Shown here one piece after another: positions 19,729-29,331 of a DNA stretch of 64,000 nt. The notes beneath the pieces were generated by a model. That model had not been told where the DNA came from. It did not search any database and saw only the letters and a list, made by a program, of their open reading frames with translations. The position numbers were made by a program, and so were the translations under genes. Source of the stretch: a virus; the IMG/VR virus record IMGVR_UViG_3300017760_000001, positions 80,436-144,435 of that record; one strand, given 5' to 3'. Within the stretch, counting starts at the first letter, position 1. Every line of letters begins with the position of its first letter.

Positions 19729-20771
19729 CGTTCTTGTTGTAACCTATGGAACTCTTTAACCACCGTTTCAACGGCACTAGATTTTAAAACCTTTATCTGT
19801 TTTAGGTCATCATTTTTCTTCTGAACTCTTTGTAAATTCGTTACTGCTGTTAACCCAGCGGGAATAGTTTCATTATAAGGATCGATGTCTACCCATTCAC
19901 CTTCACTATTTTCATAGTGATGCACGGCAAGATATTGAGGGTCTTCCCTGAATAATCTTTTTTGAACTTCAAGTCCAGTTGAAGCGTCAAACAATCTTAA
20001 AACCTCTCCAACAAAGTATCTACTCTCATCAGCATTACGTAGAAGTATTTTAGCAGTAACTTGATATTGGAAATTACCTGGCTGAAATGGTATACTTCTT
20101 ATTGAAGCTTTAGTATCGATTTCTGATAATGTAACTGTAAAATTAGATACTACTTCTGGAGTAGCATTGACATCATCTAAATTTGTTTTAGTCATAATCC
20201 ATAAAGGGGTATCAGTAAAAAACTCTAGTTCGTTGGTTAATTCTATTTCTGCCGCACCATTACTATTAACATCAATCGTGATAACTCTATCAGGAGTAAC
20301 TGGTTCAAAATCGTGAGTAGTATCTAACACTAACTGACCTAAATCTAAATTACGTTTTATAATCGTTCCATGTGTACCAGAGTCATTTCCTATGACCCTT
20401 CTGCCCACACGGTAATCATATCCACCTTCAGCTGAACTGATATCGCTAGTAATTGTAAGCACACGATGAGGATAGAAATCTTTCGCTACTTTTAAAACTT
20501 CTTCATTCTTTAGTGGCCATCCAGATTCACGTAGATCGTCATTCATCAAAAAGAATGTCCAATAATATTTCGGGTCACCGTATAACTGTGTTGACAAAGT
20601 ATCTGGTCTATCACCCGACTTAATTGTGTAATCTTCATAAAATGCGGTTTGAGATTTTATTTGATCAATAATATCGACATACTGGGTTAAATTTTGAAAC
20701 AGAGAAGATGAGATCTCGTCACCAAATCTATAGAATATTTTCTCAAAGTTTTTAAAATATTTTGTACTCAT
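19725..20771 (-). CDS. gp53: Baseplate wedge protein gp53
   Basis: YFKNFEKIFY, YTIKSGDRPDTLSTQLYGDPKYYWTFFLMND..WP, VHHYE. Confidence 0.9.
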   Translation of the reverse strand: MSTKYFKNFEKIFYRFGDEISSSLFQNLTQYVDIIDQIKSQTAFYEDYTIKSGDRPDTLSTQLYGDPKYYWTFFLMNDDLRESGWPLKNEEVLKVAKDFYPHRVLTITSDISSAEGGYDYRVGRRVIGNDSGTHGTIIKRNLDLGQLVLDTTHDFEPVTPDRVITIDVNSNGAAEIELTNELEFFTDTPLWIMTKTNLDDVNATPEVVSNFTVTLSEIDTKASIRSIPFQPGNFQYQVTAKILLRNADESRYFVGEVLRLFDASTGLEVQKRLFREDPQYLAVHHYENSEGEWVDIDPYNETIPAGLTAVTNLQRVQKKNDDLKQIKVLKSSAVETVVKEFHRLQQER

Positions 20772-21785
20772 TTAGAAACCTTCCTTCTGAATGTCTTTCT
20801 TAGACAATGTTACAGTTTCGGTAAAGTTAAGGTTCATGTCTACTTCTAAGAACTCACCGTCCTGATGAAACGCCATCTGACTAGCATTGTATGTTGTGTC
20901 AACCGAACGCAAGAAACAAGGTTTTACTTTATGTGCAATGGTTTTACCGTCATATTCAAACTCGATGTTGAACTTGTTTGGAAATTCATAACCCAAGGAT
21001 ATTTCTTGACCACCAACCGTCACTTCAATGTCTTCAGGATATAACTCACTACGGAAGAGATTAACGATTCTTTTGATTTGATCACTTTCTGCTTTGGATC
21101 TTGCGATCATCTTGAAGTTGAACTGGAACTCACGCATGTTTACTTGTTTGAATAACGAACGTGAATTAGGATTAGTAGTAACACCAGTTTGTAGTTTAAG
21201 ACCTGCCGTAATCTCATCACTAAACTTACCTGCCGCTGAGGCCAGTTTCACGGTCGCAAGTTTCGCAAGACCGTCTGCACCACCCCCAGACATTCCCTGT
21301 ACAAATGACCCTACACCATCTGCCATAGAACCTAATATGCCTGCACCTTGAGACACCGCAGCTCCTGTAGAACCTACATCAACGTTCTCGTATGTTACAT
21401 TGTCTCTGAATTGTAATCCTTGTGGAAGATATAACAAAACCTCAGTGTCAACGATTTGTCTAGGTTTTGCGCCCAATTCAGTCGTGTTTCTTTCCCCATC
21501 GAAAGCTTTTAATTCAGCAGACAGTTCCTCTAGTTCTAGTGTCACTGAAGTAAGATCTTCTCTTGTGGTATCTTTGGAAACACCAACTAATGAAGCTTCA
21601 AGTTTTGATTGTTGAAGAAGATCGTCTCTTTTTTTCTTCAATTGTTCGAAATCACTCTTTTTATCTTTCAAAACATCTGAAAGACCAGTGTTGAGGTAGG
21701 ACTCAGCAAAGAGAGTGAATCGGATTCTCCCTTTATAATCATCTTCGTCATGAAGAGGATATTGATATGTGTTTTTTGCTGGCAT
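20772..21785 (-). CDS. gp48: Baseplate tail-tube cap gp48
   Basis: YQYP, LYLPQGL, NPNSRSLFKQVNMREFQFNFKMIARS..ES, PCFLRSVDTTY, LNFTE. Confidence 0.85.
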   Translation of the reverse strand: MPAKNTYQYPLHDEDDYKGRIRFTLFAESYLNTGLSDVLKDKKSDFEQLKKKRDDLLQQSKLEASLVGVSKDTTREDLTSVTLELEELSAELKAFDGERNTTELGAKPRQIVDTEVLLYLPQGLQFRDNVTYENVDVGSTGAAVSQGAGILGSMADGVGSFVQGMSGGGADGLAKLATVKLASAAGKFSDEITAGLKLQTGVTTNPNSRSLFKQVNMREFQFNFKMIARSKAESDQIKRIVNLFRSELYPEDIEVTVGGQEISLGYEFPNKFNIEFEYDGKTIAHKVKPCFLRSVDTTYNASQMAFHQDGEFLEVDMNLNFTETVTLSKKDIQKEGF

Positions 21786-21824
21786 AAGGTTTCCACTAAA
21801 TAGGGTTATAAAAACTGTTTAATC

Positions 21825-21832
21825 TATTTATA
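21825..21832 (-). promoter_or_regulatory. T4-type late promoter TATAAATA (gp48 operon)
   Basis: Exact match in the divergent gp48/gp4 gap. Confidence 0.8.
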
Positions 21833-21840
21833 AGGTTTCT

Positions 21841-22320
21841 ATGGCATATTCGGGCAAATATAAACCAAAAAATCCAGAGAAGTATCTGGGGGACGTATCT
21901 AACATAGTGTATCGATCACTATGGGAAAGACATGTTATGCGCCACTGTGATAACGACTCTAATATAGTCGAGTGGGGATCTGAAGAGATCGTCATACCTT
22001 ATCTATATGAAGTAGATCGAAAGTATCATCGTTACTTTATGGATTTTGTCATTGTATACAAAAATGGTACAACAAAGTTGATTGAAGTCAAACCATTCAA
22101 AGAAACACAGAAACCTAAGATAAAAGGTAGACGTACTAAACGTATGTTAACAGAATCGTTTACCTATGTCAAGAACCAGAACAAATGGAAGGCCGCATCT
22201 GAATATGCAAAAGATCGGGGGTGGGGATTCGAGATCTGGACAGAAAAGGAACTGACGGCCATGGGTATTATGCCTAAGTCAACTAAACCATTAAAACCTT
22301 TTAAAAAACGTAAAAAATAA
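21841..22320 (+). CDS. gp4: Head completion protein gp4
   Basis: MAYSGKYKPKNPEKYLGD..IVYRSLWE, WGSEEIVIPY, HRYFMDF, LIEVKP, KNQNKWKAA. Confidence 0.95.
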   Translation: MAYSGKYKPKNPEKYLGDVSNIVYRSLWERHVMRHCDNDSNIVEWGSEEIVIPYLYEVDRKYHRYFMDFVIVYKNGTTKLIEVKPFKETQKPKIKGRRTKRMLTESFTYVKNQNKWKAASEYAKDRGWGFEIWTEKELTAMGIMPKSTKPLKPFKKRKK

Positions 22321-22321
22321 G

Positions 22322-22329
22322 TATAAATA
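22322..22329 (+). promoter_or_regulatory. T4-type late promoter TATAAATA (very short leader to gp2)
   Basis: Exact match 5 nt before the gp2 ATG. Confidence 0.75.
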
Positions 22330-22334
22330 GACGT

Positions 22335-22940
22335 ATGAGTAATTTATTCAATAGACTGGAACTACAGGCATTCCGTGCGGGCGTAACACCTCGTACCAAA
22401 GAAAGTCGTGACTGGTTTAGACAGAAAGCATCGAATCTACGTTCGATCAACCGTGAAGCATTGATGAAAGAAGATCCGTTGAAAAGACGTGATGCATCAA
22501 AGGCGGATAATAGGGAGTTGATTGGTTCTATGCAGATGTTCTTCTATGATCCAAAACATAAGAAGACTCTACCATACTACGATGCGTTTCCGTTAGTAAT
22601 CATTATAGGCCCAGCAGAAGGTGGATTCTACGGTCTAAACTTACATTACTTGCCTCCGATTCTTCGTGCGAAGTTTCTGGATGCATTGATGGATGTACTC
22701 GGTGCGAAGATGACAAAGACTGCAAGGATGCAGTTGACCTATCGCATATTAAAGAAAACCGCAAAGATGCGGTACTATAAACCGTGTTTGAAACACTACC
22801 TGACCGCACATGTAAAAAGTCGGTTCGCAGAAGTACAAACACCAGAGTGGGAGATTGCGACTTTCTTACCAACTGCACAGTTCAGAAAGGCAAACTCTCA
22901 GAAAGTATTCTACGATTCAAGGCAAATGATAGATGGGTAG
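22335..22940 (+). CDS. gp2: DNA end protector gp2
   Basis: MFFYDPKHKKTLPYYDAFPLV, GLNLHYLPPILRAKFLD, PCLKHYL, FLPTAQF. Confidence 0.95.
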   Translation: MSNLFNRLELQAFRAGVTPRTKESRDWFRQKASNLRSINREALMKEDPLKRRDASKADNRELIGSMQMFFYDPKHKKTLPYYDAFPLVIIIGPAEGGFYGLNLHYLPPILRAKFLDALMDVLGAKMTKTARMQLTYRILKKTAKMRYYKPCLKHYLTAHVKSRFAEVQTPEWEIATFLPTAQFRKANSQKVFYDSRQMIDG

Positions 22941-23637
22941 CAGACTAGGCGACATAGAAGAACTAAAAGGTTTACTTGGTAAGAGTGGTAACATTCAAAG
23001 ACCAAATCTTTTTCGTGTAATTTTACCTCCGATAAAAGGGTACAATACCAAAGATCTAAACCTTTTGTGTAAGGCAGTGTTGATGCCTGGCCGTCAGTTA
23101 GGTACACTTGAAAAACAAGTTGGTATGTACAAGTATGATATTGTGAACCAAATGAGTGTGTCCGAAGTGACCATGACATTTCATGTTCCCACTAATCATA
23201 CTGTAAAAAACTATTTCAATGAATGGCAAAAAGTGGCATTCAACAAAGGTGAAGTCGGTTACTATAAAGAATATGCTCGTGATATAAAGATCGAGACAAT
23301 GTCTAAGGCTGCGACTATTCCAGTCTTTAACAAACAAATTCCTTTCTTGAAGAAAGTAGACCCACTTATTCGTAATCGACTACCAGACATTGGGCCGTTT
23401 AAATTGTCGCAAGGTGAGATCGATTTGGATTTGGGTACTAAGGACGAGATGTCCTACAGTTGTAGATTAATCGATGCGATTCCCACTACAATGAGTGACA
23501 CTCAGTTAGGAAATGATCAAGAGAACGCAATCATGGAACTTACAGTATCGTTCAAGTTCAAGGATTGGGAGGCAGAGTCCGCAGATGCGAAGAGTATATT
23601 CGATAAGATAATTAGTGGCGGACTGAGTTTCTTTTAA
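22933..23637 (+). CDS. Tail tube initiator gp54/gp19-like
   Basis: RPNLFRVILP, LCKAVLMPGR, YFNEWQ, LIDAIPT, LTVSFKFKDW. Confidence 0.75.
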   Translation: MGSRLGDIEELKGLLGKSGNIQRPNLFRVILPPIKGYNTKDLNLLCKAVLMPGRQLGTLEKQVGMYKYDIVNQMSVSEVTMTFHVPTNHTVKNYFNEWQKVAFNKGEVGYYKEYARDIKIETMSKAATIPVFNKQIPFLKKVDPLIRNRLPDIGPFKLSQGEIDLDLGTKDEMSYSCRLIDAIPTTMSDTQLGNDQENAIMELTVSFKFKDWEAESADAKSIFDKIISGGLSFF

Positions 23638-23693
23638 TCGCACACTAAATATATTTTGATTTAAACTATTTCTAAATTATTAGGAGAAATGAA

Positions 23694-24410
23694 ATGGCAT
23701 TACCAAAGTTAAACACTGCACCGATATATGAATTATCGGTTCCGTCAACAGGAGAGAAGGTCACATTTAGACCATATCTTGTTAAGGAGGAAAAGGTGTT
23801 GATGATGGCGTTTGAATCTGGTGATCAGAAACAAGCGTTGAAAGCAATCGTCTCTACCATTGAAGCGTGTGTTCAAGAAAACATTAACGTACATGATTTA
23901 GCGACATTTGATGTTGAGTATATGTTTACTCAAATTCGTTCTAAGTCTGCTGGTGAGAAGTCTACAGTATTGTTGAAGTGTAAGGAATGTGGTACGCAAC
24001 ACGAATACTCTGTCGATCTAGCTAGTATCAGAGTTGAGATCGGGGAAAGGAATCCAACTGTTGATTTGACAGATGAAGTGTCAGTAGAGATGAAGTATCC
24101 GCCTTATAAGGCATTGATGGACTCTAACCTAAATGCCGACCAAGTTGAACTTGGAATGTCGATGGTTGTTCACAGTGTTTCAGCCATTGTTACTAAACAA
24201 GGTTTGGACGAAGAAAGAATAGATGCGAAAGATGTATCTAAGAAAGAATTGTACGAGTTCATCGAATCGATGACGAGTGATCAGTTTGAGAAAGTTACCA
24301 AGTATATCGGTGACCTTCCATCAATGAAACATGAAGCGAAGTTTACATGTTTGAATTGTGAAACTGAGAATGAAATTGAACTTAAAGGGATATCGGATTT
24401 TTTATCCTAA
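23694..24410 (+). CDS. gp26: Baseplate hub assembly chaperone gp26-like
   Basis: MALPKLNTAPIYELSVPSTGEKVTFRPYLVKEEKVL, FDVEYMFTQIRSKSAGE, two CxxC pairs, ends GISDFLS. Confidence 0.9.
   Translation: MALPKLNTAPIYELSVPSTGEKVTFRPYLVKEEKVLMMAFESGDQKQALKAIVSTIEACVQENINVHDLATFDVEYMFTQIRSKSAGEKSTVLLKCKECGTQHEYSVDLASIRVEIGERNPTVDLTDEVSVEMKYPPYKALMDSNLNADQVELGMSMVVHSVSAIVTKQGLDEERIDAKDVSKKELYEFIESMTSDQFEKVTKYIGDLPSMKHEAKFTCLNCETENEIELKGISDFLS
24398..24404 (+). other. Candidate -1 ribosomal frameshift heptamer T TTT TTA
   Basis: X XXY YYZ heptamer in gp26 frame two codons before the stop; the -1 frame is open into the gp51-like ORF. Confidence 0.6.
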
Positions 24411-24457
24411 ACCTTTCTCATGATAGTCTTGTAAATCATTATAAGACGAATTTTGCA

Positions 24458-24598
24458 ATGATGCAACATCATCATTATAGTTTAACAGAACTGGACATGA
24501 TGATGCCATGGGAGAGGGAAATATACGTAGCTATGTTATTAGAACATGTGAAGGAAGAGAATGAAAGAATAGAGAAACAAAACCAGCAAAACGGATAA
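24458..24598 (+). CDS. gp51: gp51-like baseplate hub assembly protein (short; possibly made as a frameshift fusion with gp26)
   Basis: MMQHHHYSLTELDMMMPWEREIYVAMLLEHVKEENER; not in ORF track (46 aa). Confidence 0.8.
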   Translation: MMQHHHYSLTELDMMMPWEREIYVAMLLEHVKEENERIEKQNQQNG

Positions 24599-24604
24599 AA
24601 AGAA

Positions 24605-26746
24605 ATGGCAAGACAGGCGAACATTCAAGGTGCGATCGACAAACTAAGGCTTTCTAATGAGAAGACTCTTGGGGAAATCAATGATCGTTCGGGTGAAATT
24701 GCATTCAACACACGAACCACTAAGAATCTTATTGGGGACATGTTGGATGGGATGGCGCTTGATCGTCAAAGATCTCAAGATGACCAAGAGGGCGACGACC
24801 GTGGTGGCCCATCTGGCGGTGGAGGCACTCCCCCTCCTGCCCCTCAAGATAACGGTAGTTTTGGATTCATCGGGGTACTCGGTGGAATCGTTGCTGGTTT
24901 GACTGGTGCGGTTCTTGGTCTTGTCGCTGGTATTGTTAAAACTATTACTCGTCCATTCACTCTATTAGCTAAGAGTACAAAGGATTTCTTTAAGAACACT
25001 AGGTTAGTTCAGTTTGTACAAGGGAAATTCGTTAGTATGATTACTACGATAAAGGATTTCTTTAAACCTGTAACGAACTTCTTTACTAATATTAGTAAAG
25101 CATTTAAGGCAGGACTAAGAGGTGAAACCAGAGCAGTCCGTGGTGCGATGGGAAGATTCGTTAGTCTTCAAAGAGGAATAACTGGTTTCTTTGCTAGCAT
25201 AGGTAGAATGACGAATAGGTTCATCCTTAGACCATTCAATAGAATCCGAAGAGCAATAGGTTCTATCGGTAGAGTAATGAATGGTGCAGCTGCCCAAACT
25301 GGTAGGATAGGTCAATTCTTTAGTAGAATAGGTGACGGATTTAGAACGGTCGGTAGACTCTTTAGTGGGTTTGCCAGAACATTTAATGTTGTATTCAGAG
25401 CATTCGCAGTAGTTGGTCGTGTAATTGCACTTCCTATCACAATAATCACTGGTCTTATCGGTGGTATCAAAGGTATGTTCGCAGACTTCACCAAGTCCAG
25501 AGAAGAAGGTGATGGTCTACTCAAGAGTGTCACTAAAGGTTTCTTTGGATTTATTAAGGGTGCGGTCAACGGTATCATCATGATGCCTTTAGATCTATTG
25601 AAGAGTGGTATTGGTTGGATTGCTGGTAAACTAGGATTCAAGAACTTTGAGAACCTATTGGCTGGATTCAGTTTCTCAGGACTGTTCAGTGGATTGGTAG
25701 ACGGAATTGCCAATGGAGTCTTCGGATTTTTCGGGGGTTTAGTCCAGATCTACAAGGATGCGTTCAAAGGGGCAATAGAAGGATTTAAAGATGGCGGTAT
25801 ATTTGGCGCAATCTCTGGTTTCTTTGGTTCTATCGCAACAAGTATTAAGAATGTGTTCCTCGGTTTGATTGAGAAAGTATTCGGAATGTTTGAGGGTGGG
25901 GACGATATGTTCGCTGCACTTGGCGAAGGTATTGCGAATATCAAACAAAGTATCAAAGACTTTTTCATTGGGTTGTTACCAAAACAAGGTTCGTTCATGT
26001 CTAAGTTTGTACCCGATTCTGTTTATGAATGGGCGGGTCAACCAGCAGTATCCGAACCAGAGGGTTCAGAACTACCGACCGAAGAACCACAACAACTAGA
26101 AAGTACACCAGAACTTAAAAAGGCGCAGATGAACGCAATTAAGACAGGCGACACAACTGAGTTAGAGAAGAAGAAAGAAGAACAACGTATGTCTGGGGAA
26201 GAGAAACTAAAGGCAGAAATTGATCAACTCAAAGCGAGACTTGAATCAGGAGATACTACCTTTACATGGACTGATGCGGATATTGAAAAGGCTCGAGCTG
26301 AGGGTCGTGAATCAGCAGCAGCGTGGATGGAATATGATAATACAGAAGAAGGTCAGGAAGACCAAATGGAAGAGATGCGAGAATCTCTCCGTATAAGAGA
26401 AATGCAACTTGCGGAATTTAAAGAAAAACAAGCGCAAGAGAAAGCGGACGTTGAAAAATACGGAGATCTCGATACCGCTAAACTAGCGAAGATGGACGAA
26501 GCTAGACGTGAGAAATTGTTAACAAGATCTAGAGATTTGATGATGAGACACAGTAGAGGTGAAGAGGTAGATCTCGCAAACAAAGAAAATGCAGAAAGAG
26601 CATTAGCTGCAGAAGAGAGAAGACAACAAGCAATGATTGTCGCACCATCTACACAAGTAGTCAACAACAACTCTTCTTCAGGGATTGTTATGAGTCAAAA
26701 CATGCCGGCAGTAGATCCCCTAGATCAATCCTACGGAGTCGGATAA
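24605..26746 (+). CDS. Tape measure / baseplate hub gp29-like
   Basis: 713 aa with long amphipathic Gly/Phe-rich helical repeats; C-terminal VAPSTQVVNNNSSS; follows gp26/51. Confidence 0.75.
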   Translation: MARQANIQGAIDKLRLSNEKTLGEINDRSGEIAFNTRTTKNLIGDMLDGMALDRQRSQDDQEGDDRGGPSGGGGTPPPAPQDNGSFGFIGVLGGIVAGLTGAVLGLVAGIVKTITRPFTLLAKSTKDFFKNTRLVQFVQGKFVSMITTIKDFFKPVTNFFTNISKAFKAGLRGETRAVRGAMGRFVSLQRGITGFFASIGRMTNRFILRPFNRIRRAIGSIGRVMNGAAAQTGRIGQFFSRIGDGFRTVGRLFSGFARTFNVVFRAFAVVGRVIALPITIITGLIGGIKGMFADFTKSREEGDGLLKSVTKGFFGFIKGAVNGIIMMPLDLLKSGIGWIAGKLGFKNFENLLAGFSFSGLFSGLVDGIANGVFGFFGGLVQIYKDAFKGAIEGFKDGGIFGAISGFFGSIATSIKNVFLGLIEKVFGMFEGGDDMFAALGEGIANIKQSIKDFFIGLLPKQGSFMSKFVPDSVYEWAGQPAVSEPEGSELPTEEPQQLESTPELKKAQMNAIKTGDTTELEKKKEEQRMSGEEKLKAEIDQLKARLESGDTTFTWTDADIEKARAEGRESAAAWMEYDNTEEGQEDQMEEMRESLRIREMQLAEFKEKQAQEKADVEKYGDLDTAKLAKMDEARREKLLTRSRDLMMRHSRGEEVDLANKENAERALAAEERRQQAMIVAPSTQVVNNNSSSGIVMSQNMPAVDPLDQSYGVG

Positions 26747-26774
26747 AAAAAAGGGGAACCGAAGTTCCCCCTTT
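26745..26774 (-). terminator. Rho-independent terminator with cUUCGg tetraloop (gp32; possibly bidirectional)
   Basis: Minus strand GGGGAAC-TTCG-GTTCCCC followed by T8, between convergent genes. Confidence 0.9.
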
Positions 26775-26795
26775 ACCACCTCTTTTAATTAAACA

Positions 26796-27722
26796 CTAGT
26801 CTGCTTGTGCCATTTTGGCAAAGTAAGATAGTGTGTCGTCCTCATCATCAGATGATGCAGACTCAATCGCAGGCTCTGGAGCCGATACGATTTCTGGTTC
26901 CGATGCACTAGTAGCAGGAGCCGCTTCCGCAGATTGCGATAACGCCTCATTCTTCATAGTAGCACCTTCACCTACCGAATGACCCAACACAAGTTGTAGA
27001 CGTGAATTCAGTTCGTCATATGACTTGTATTGTTTCGGATCAACAAACTCCGCAAGGTCGTGGAGTTGATTGTAAGTCGCCTCTAGTTTAACTTCATCAG
27101 CATCAAACAATGCAGACTGTGATTTAAACTCAGATTTGTCATAGTTACGATATCCCGCCACATTGCGAATCTTCAACTGGAAATCTGCACCAGTCCAAAA
27201 GTCGAATGGGTTTACTGGTTCTTCGCCAGGGAATTGTGGTTGCATAACGTCCATCAACTTATCAAAGATCTTCTTACCATACTCGTACAAGAATACTTTA
27301 CCCTCGTTCGATGGGTTAGAAGGATCAGACACTACAAGAATGTTTGATACGTAATGGAGTCTACGCTTTTGTTTACGAGCAGTTTCTTTATCATCCTCGT
27401 TACCAGAGTTCCACAGACGTGAGTTCAACTCACCGACTGGATCTTTCTGTCCGATTGATGTCAAAGACTTTTCGATGTACCATTGACCAGTTGGGCCTTT
27501 AAACCCATGATCCCAGTAACGTTCCCAAGGTAGTTCCTGTCCTTCCATTGCTGGAAGAAAACGAATGACAGCATAACCGTTACCAGCGTCATCGACAGTT
27601 GGTTTCCATTTGCGTTCGTCATCGTATTTGTTTTTGGTTTTCTGGCCACCAGATACTTCTTGTGCAGCTGAAACCAGTTTAGAGATATCGGTTCTACCCG
27701 ACTTTAGATTTGAAAAAGACAT
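26796..27722 (-). CDS. gp32: Single-stranded DNA-binding protein gp32
   Basis: DDERKWKP..D.AGNGYAVIRFLP, HGFKGPTGQWYIE, YGKKIFDK, NPFDFWTGADF, acidic tail. Start moved to MSFSNLK, which has SD AAGGA. Confidence 0.95.
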   Translation of the reverse strand: MSFSNLKSGRTDISKLVSAAQEVSGGQKTKNKYDDERKWKPTVDDAGNGYAVIRFLPAMEGQELPWERYWDHGFKGPTGQWYIEKSLTSIGQKDPVGELNSRLWNSGNEDDKETARKQKRRLHYVSNILVVSDPSNPSNEGKVFLYEYGKKIFDKLMDVMQPQFPGEEPVNPFDFWTGADFQLKIRNVAGYRNYDKSEFKSQSALFDADEVKLEATYNQLHDLAEFVDPKQYKSYDELNSRLQLVLGHSVGEGATMKNEALSQSAEAAPATSASEPEIVSAPEPAIESASSDDEDDTLSYFAKMAQAD

Positions 27723-27789
27723 ATTGTTTTCCTTTATATTTACAGAGTATTTACAGTTTATCCAAATGTTGCTCATAATGTAAGACAGT

Positions 27790-27831
27790 ATTATAACACA
27801 TATAGTATTCATGTGTCAAGCATTATTTATA
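27790..27831 (-). promoter_or_regulatory. gp32 promoters: sigma70-like TTGACA-N18-TATAAT plus late TATAAATA (27824-27831)
   Basis: Consensus hexamers read directly from the sequence. Confidence 0.75.
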
Positions 27832-28339
27832 ATTTTGGGTAATCTAACCACGCAACCGCAACAATGCGAGTTCCCTTTTCTACAGGTGAAGCTTCATGCC
27901 AAAGATTAGATCTAAATATTACGGTATCGCCGACTTCCTGTCTGGGAATACTATATTTGTTTTTTGGGTCATCCCCATATATCCTTAAACCTTCGCCAAC
28001 AAAATCATCAGATAATCTAAGAACCGTAGTAGTAGACCAATACCTGCGAAAGCTATCATCGCTAGATTCATCGAGATGAATTTTAAATTTATCACCTTCC
28101 TCATACAACAATAAGTCCAGTTGACTAACCTTACAACCCATACCTACCCAGTCTTCTAATTGTTCACAAAATTCTGGATACAATCTATAATGAGACTGAA
28201 ACGTTTTACTAGTACGAACATCGCTATATGGGTTATTACCAGTTACTTTAGACTGGTTGGAACCCCAGATTCTAGAAAGACATTCTTCAGCCATCTCCTC
28301 TAAGATATCAGAATCTATAACCTTACCTACTTTATACAT
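27827..28339 (-). CDS. 2OG-Fe(II) oxygenase (prolyl-4-hydroxylase-like)
   Basis: Y.EGD.F..HLD, distal H (WHEA), R..AVAW. Confidence 0.85.
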   Translation of the reverse strand: MYKVGKVIDSDILEEMAEECLSRIWGSNQSKVTGNNPYSDVRTSKTFQSHYRLYPEFCEQLEDWVGMGCKVSQLDLLLYEEGDKFKIHLDESSDDSFRRYWSTTTVLRLSDDFVGEGLRIYGDDPKNKYSIPRQEVGDTVIFRSNLWHEASPVEKGTRIVAVAWLDYPKL

Positions 28340-28592
28340 CCAAAGTATTTACCTTAGGCAAAAAGTTGAGATCCATCGCTTCCTTCTCAAGATTCTCAGT
28401 AATAGAAGGCGAGAGATATTTCTTGATATCTTCGATCTCTATATTGTTTTGTTCACACAACCAAACAATTGCATCAAGGTAGGACATTCCATTCATCCGT
28501 ACTGCCGTCTCCACCATCTTCGAAAACTTCTTCTTGTTCAGGAAGTTCTCTTTTGTAGGTTCTTCTTGGTTCGTTGTTACCATACCATTCAT
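28332..28592 (-). CDS. gp33: Late transcription coactivator gp33
   Basis: FSKMVE...MSYLDAIVWLCEQNNIEIEDIKKYLSPSITENLEKEAMDLNFLPK. Confidence 0.88.
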   Translation of the reverse strand: MNGMVTTNQEEPTKENFLNKKKFSKMVETAVRMNGMSYLDAIVWLCEQNNIEIEDIKKYLSPSITENLEKEAMDLNFLPKVNTLDV

Positions 28593-29040
28593 TCCTCAGT
28601 TCTTGAGTCCACACCTGTGCTATATCTGGGTAGTACGTACCGATAGATCGTTTTGGTGTGCCGTCTGGATAGTATGCCATAGTTAAACAAATAGTTTTCA
28701 TTGTACCCTCACGATTACGTCCATAACGACTGTCTTGATATATCCCACTAGACAGGTATGACTTCAAGTTTTTCAAATAGACATCAAGGATCTGATATTC
28801 ATGACGTTCGTCCTTATCTTTCGATAAACGATTTCGTTTCTTGGAACTAACTTCGGAGGTAAGTTCTTTTACCCACCCCCGAACCTTCTTCCAATGGATA
28901 GGACTGTCTTCGTCCATCTCCAACAAATCTGGATGAACAGATGCAGATCCATCGTGTCCTCTTTTTTCACGAGCGATTCGCAAACGCTCCGCAGCTGCAA
29001 GTCGCTGTTCTTCGGTCATTGGTTTGCGTTTCTTTTTCAT
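28474..29040 (-). CDS. Hypothetical protein (T4-like)
   Basis: KRKPMTEEQRLAAAERL..AREKR N-terminus; overlaps gp33. Confidence 0.65.
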   Translation of the reverse strand: MKKKRKPMTEEQRLAAAERLRIAREKRGHDGSASVHPDLLEMDEDSPIHWKKVRGWVKELTSEVSSKKRNRLSKDKDERHEYQILDVYLKNLKSYLSSGIYQDSRYGRNREGTMKTICLTMAYYPDGTPKRSIGTYYPDIAQVWTQELRNEWYGNNEPRRTYKRELPEQEEVFEDGGDGSTDEWNVLP

Positions 29041-29044
29041 ATCT

Positions 29045-29317
29045 TTACTCGATTGGCATAAAAGTTAAAAGAGAGTCCATACGGAATGATCGCCATTCTT
29101 TGATCACTAAGTCGAATACTCGAACAGTCTCATTACCACCTACAGACTGATCAACACTCTTACCGCTCTTAGGAACGTTCTCTTCGGGAATTAAATCGAA
29201 ATCAAGAGTTGCTTTCATCTCACGTACACCACCATCTTTTACTTTGGTGAACGATAGATCAACCATACCATCTTGAAGCATTTCGACCACTTCATCTTTA
29301 CTATATTCTACTACCAT
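29045..29317 (-). CDS. DUF2693/WYL_2-like SH3-fold protein
   Basis: FTKVKDGGVREMKATL...VFDLVIKEWRSFR. Confidence 0.75.
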   Translation of the reverse strand: MVVEYSKDEVVEMLQDGMVDLSFTKVKDGGVREMKATLDFDLIPEENVPKSGKSVDQSVGGNETVRVFDLVIKEWRSFRMDSLLTFMPIE

Positions 29318-29331
29318 TATATATCTCCAGT

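Noticed and set aside
122-21615. Many short + strand ORFs in the ORF track
   Set aside because: They are antisense shadows of long, recognisable minus-strand structural genes, with no motifs or RBS.
21841-22320. TnsA-like endonuclease suggesting a transposon
   Set aside because: It is the core head-completion protein gp4 in its usual position; there are no transposon ends.
27723-27812. N-terminal extensions called by the ORF track (gp32; also ORFs ending at 31680, 32241, 57492, 58144, 59778, 60289)
   Set aside because: The extensions run through promoter or leader sequence; downstream ATGs have an RBS.
28474-28592. 119-nt overlap of a hypothetical gene with gp33 as a recoding site
   Set aside because: No slippery site was seen and gp33 has its own SD/ATG; a simple C-terminal extension explains it.
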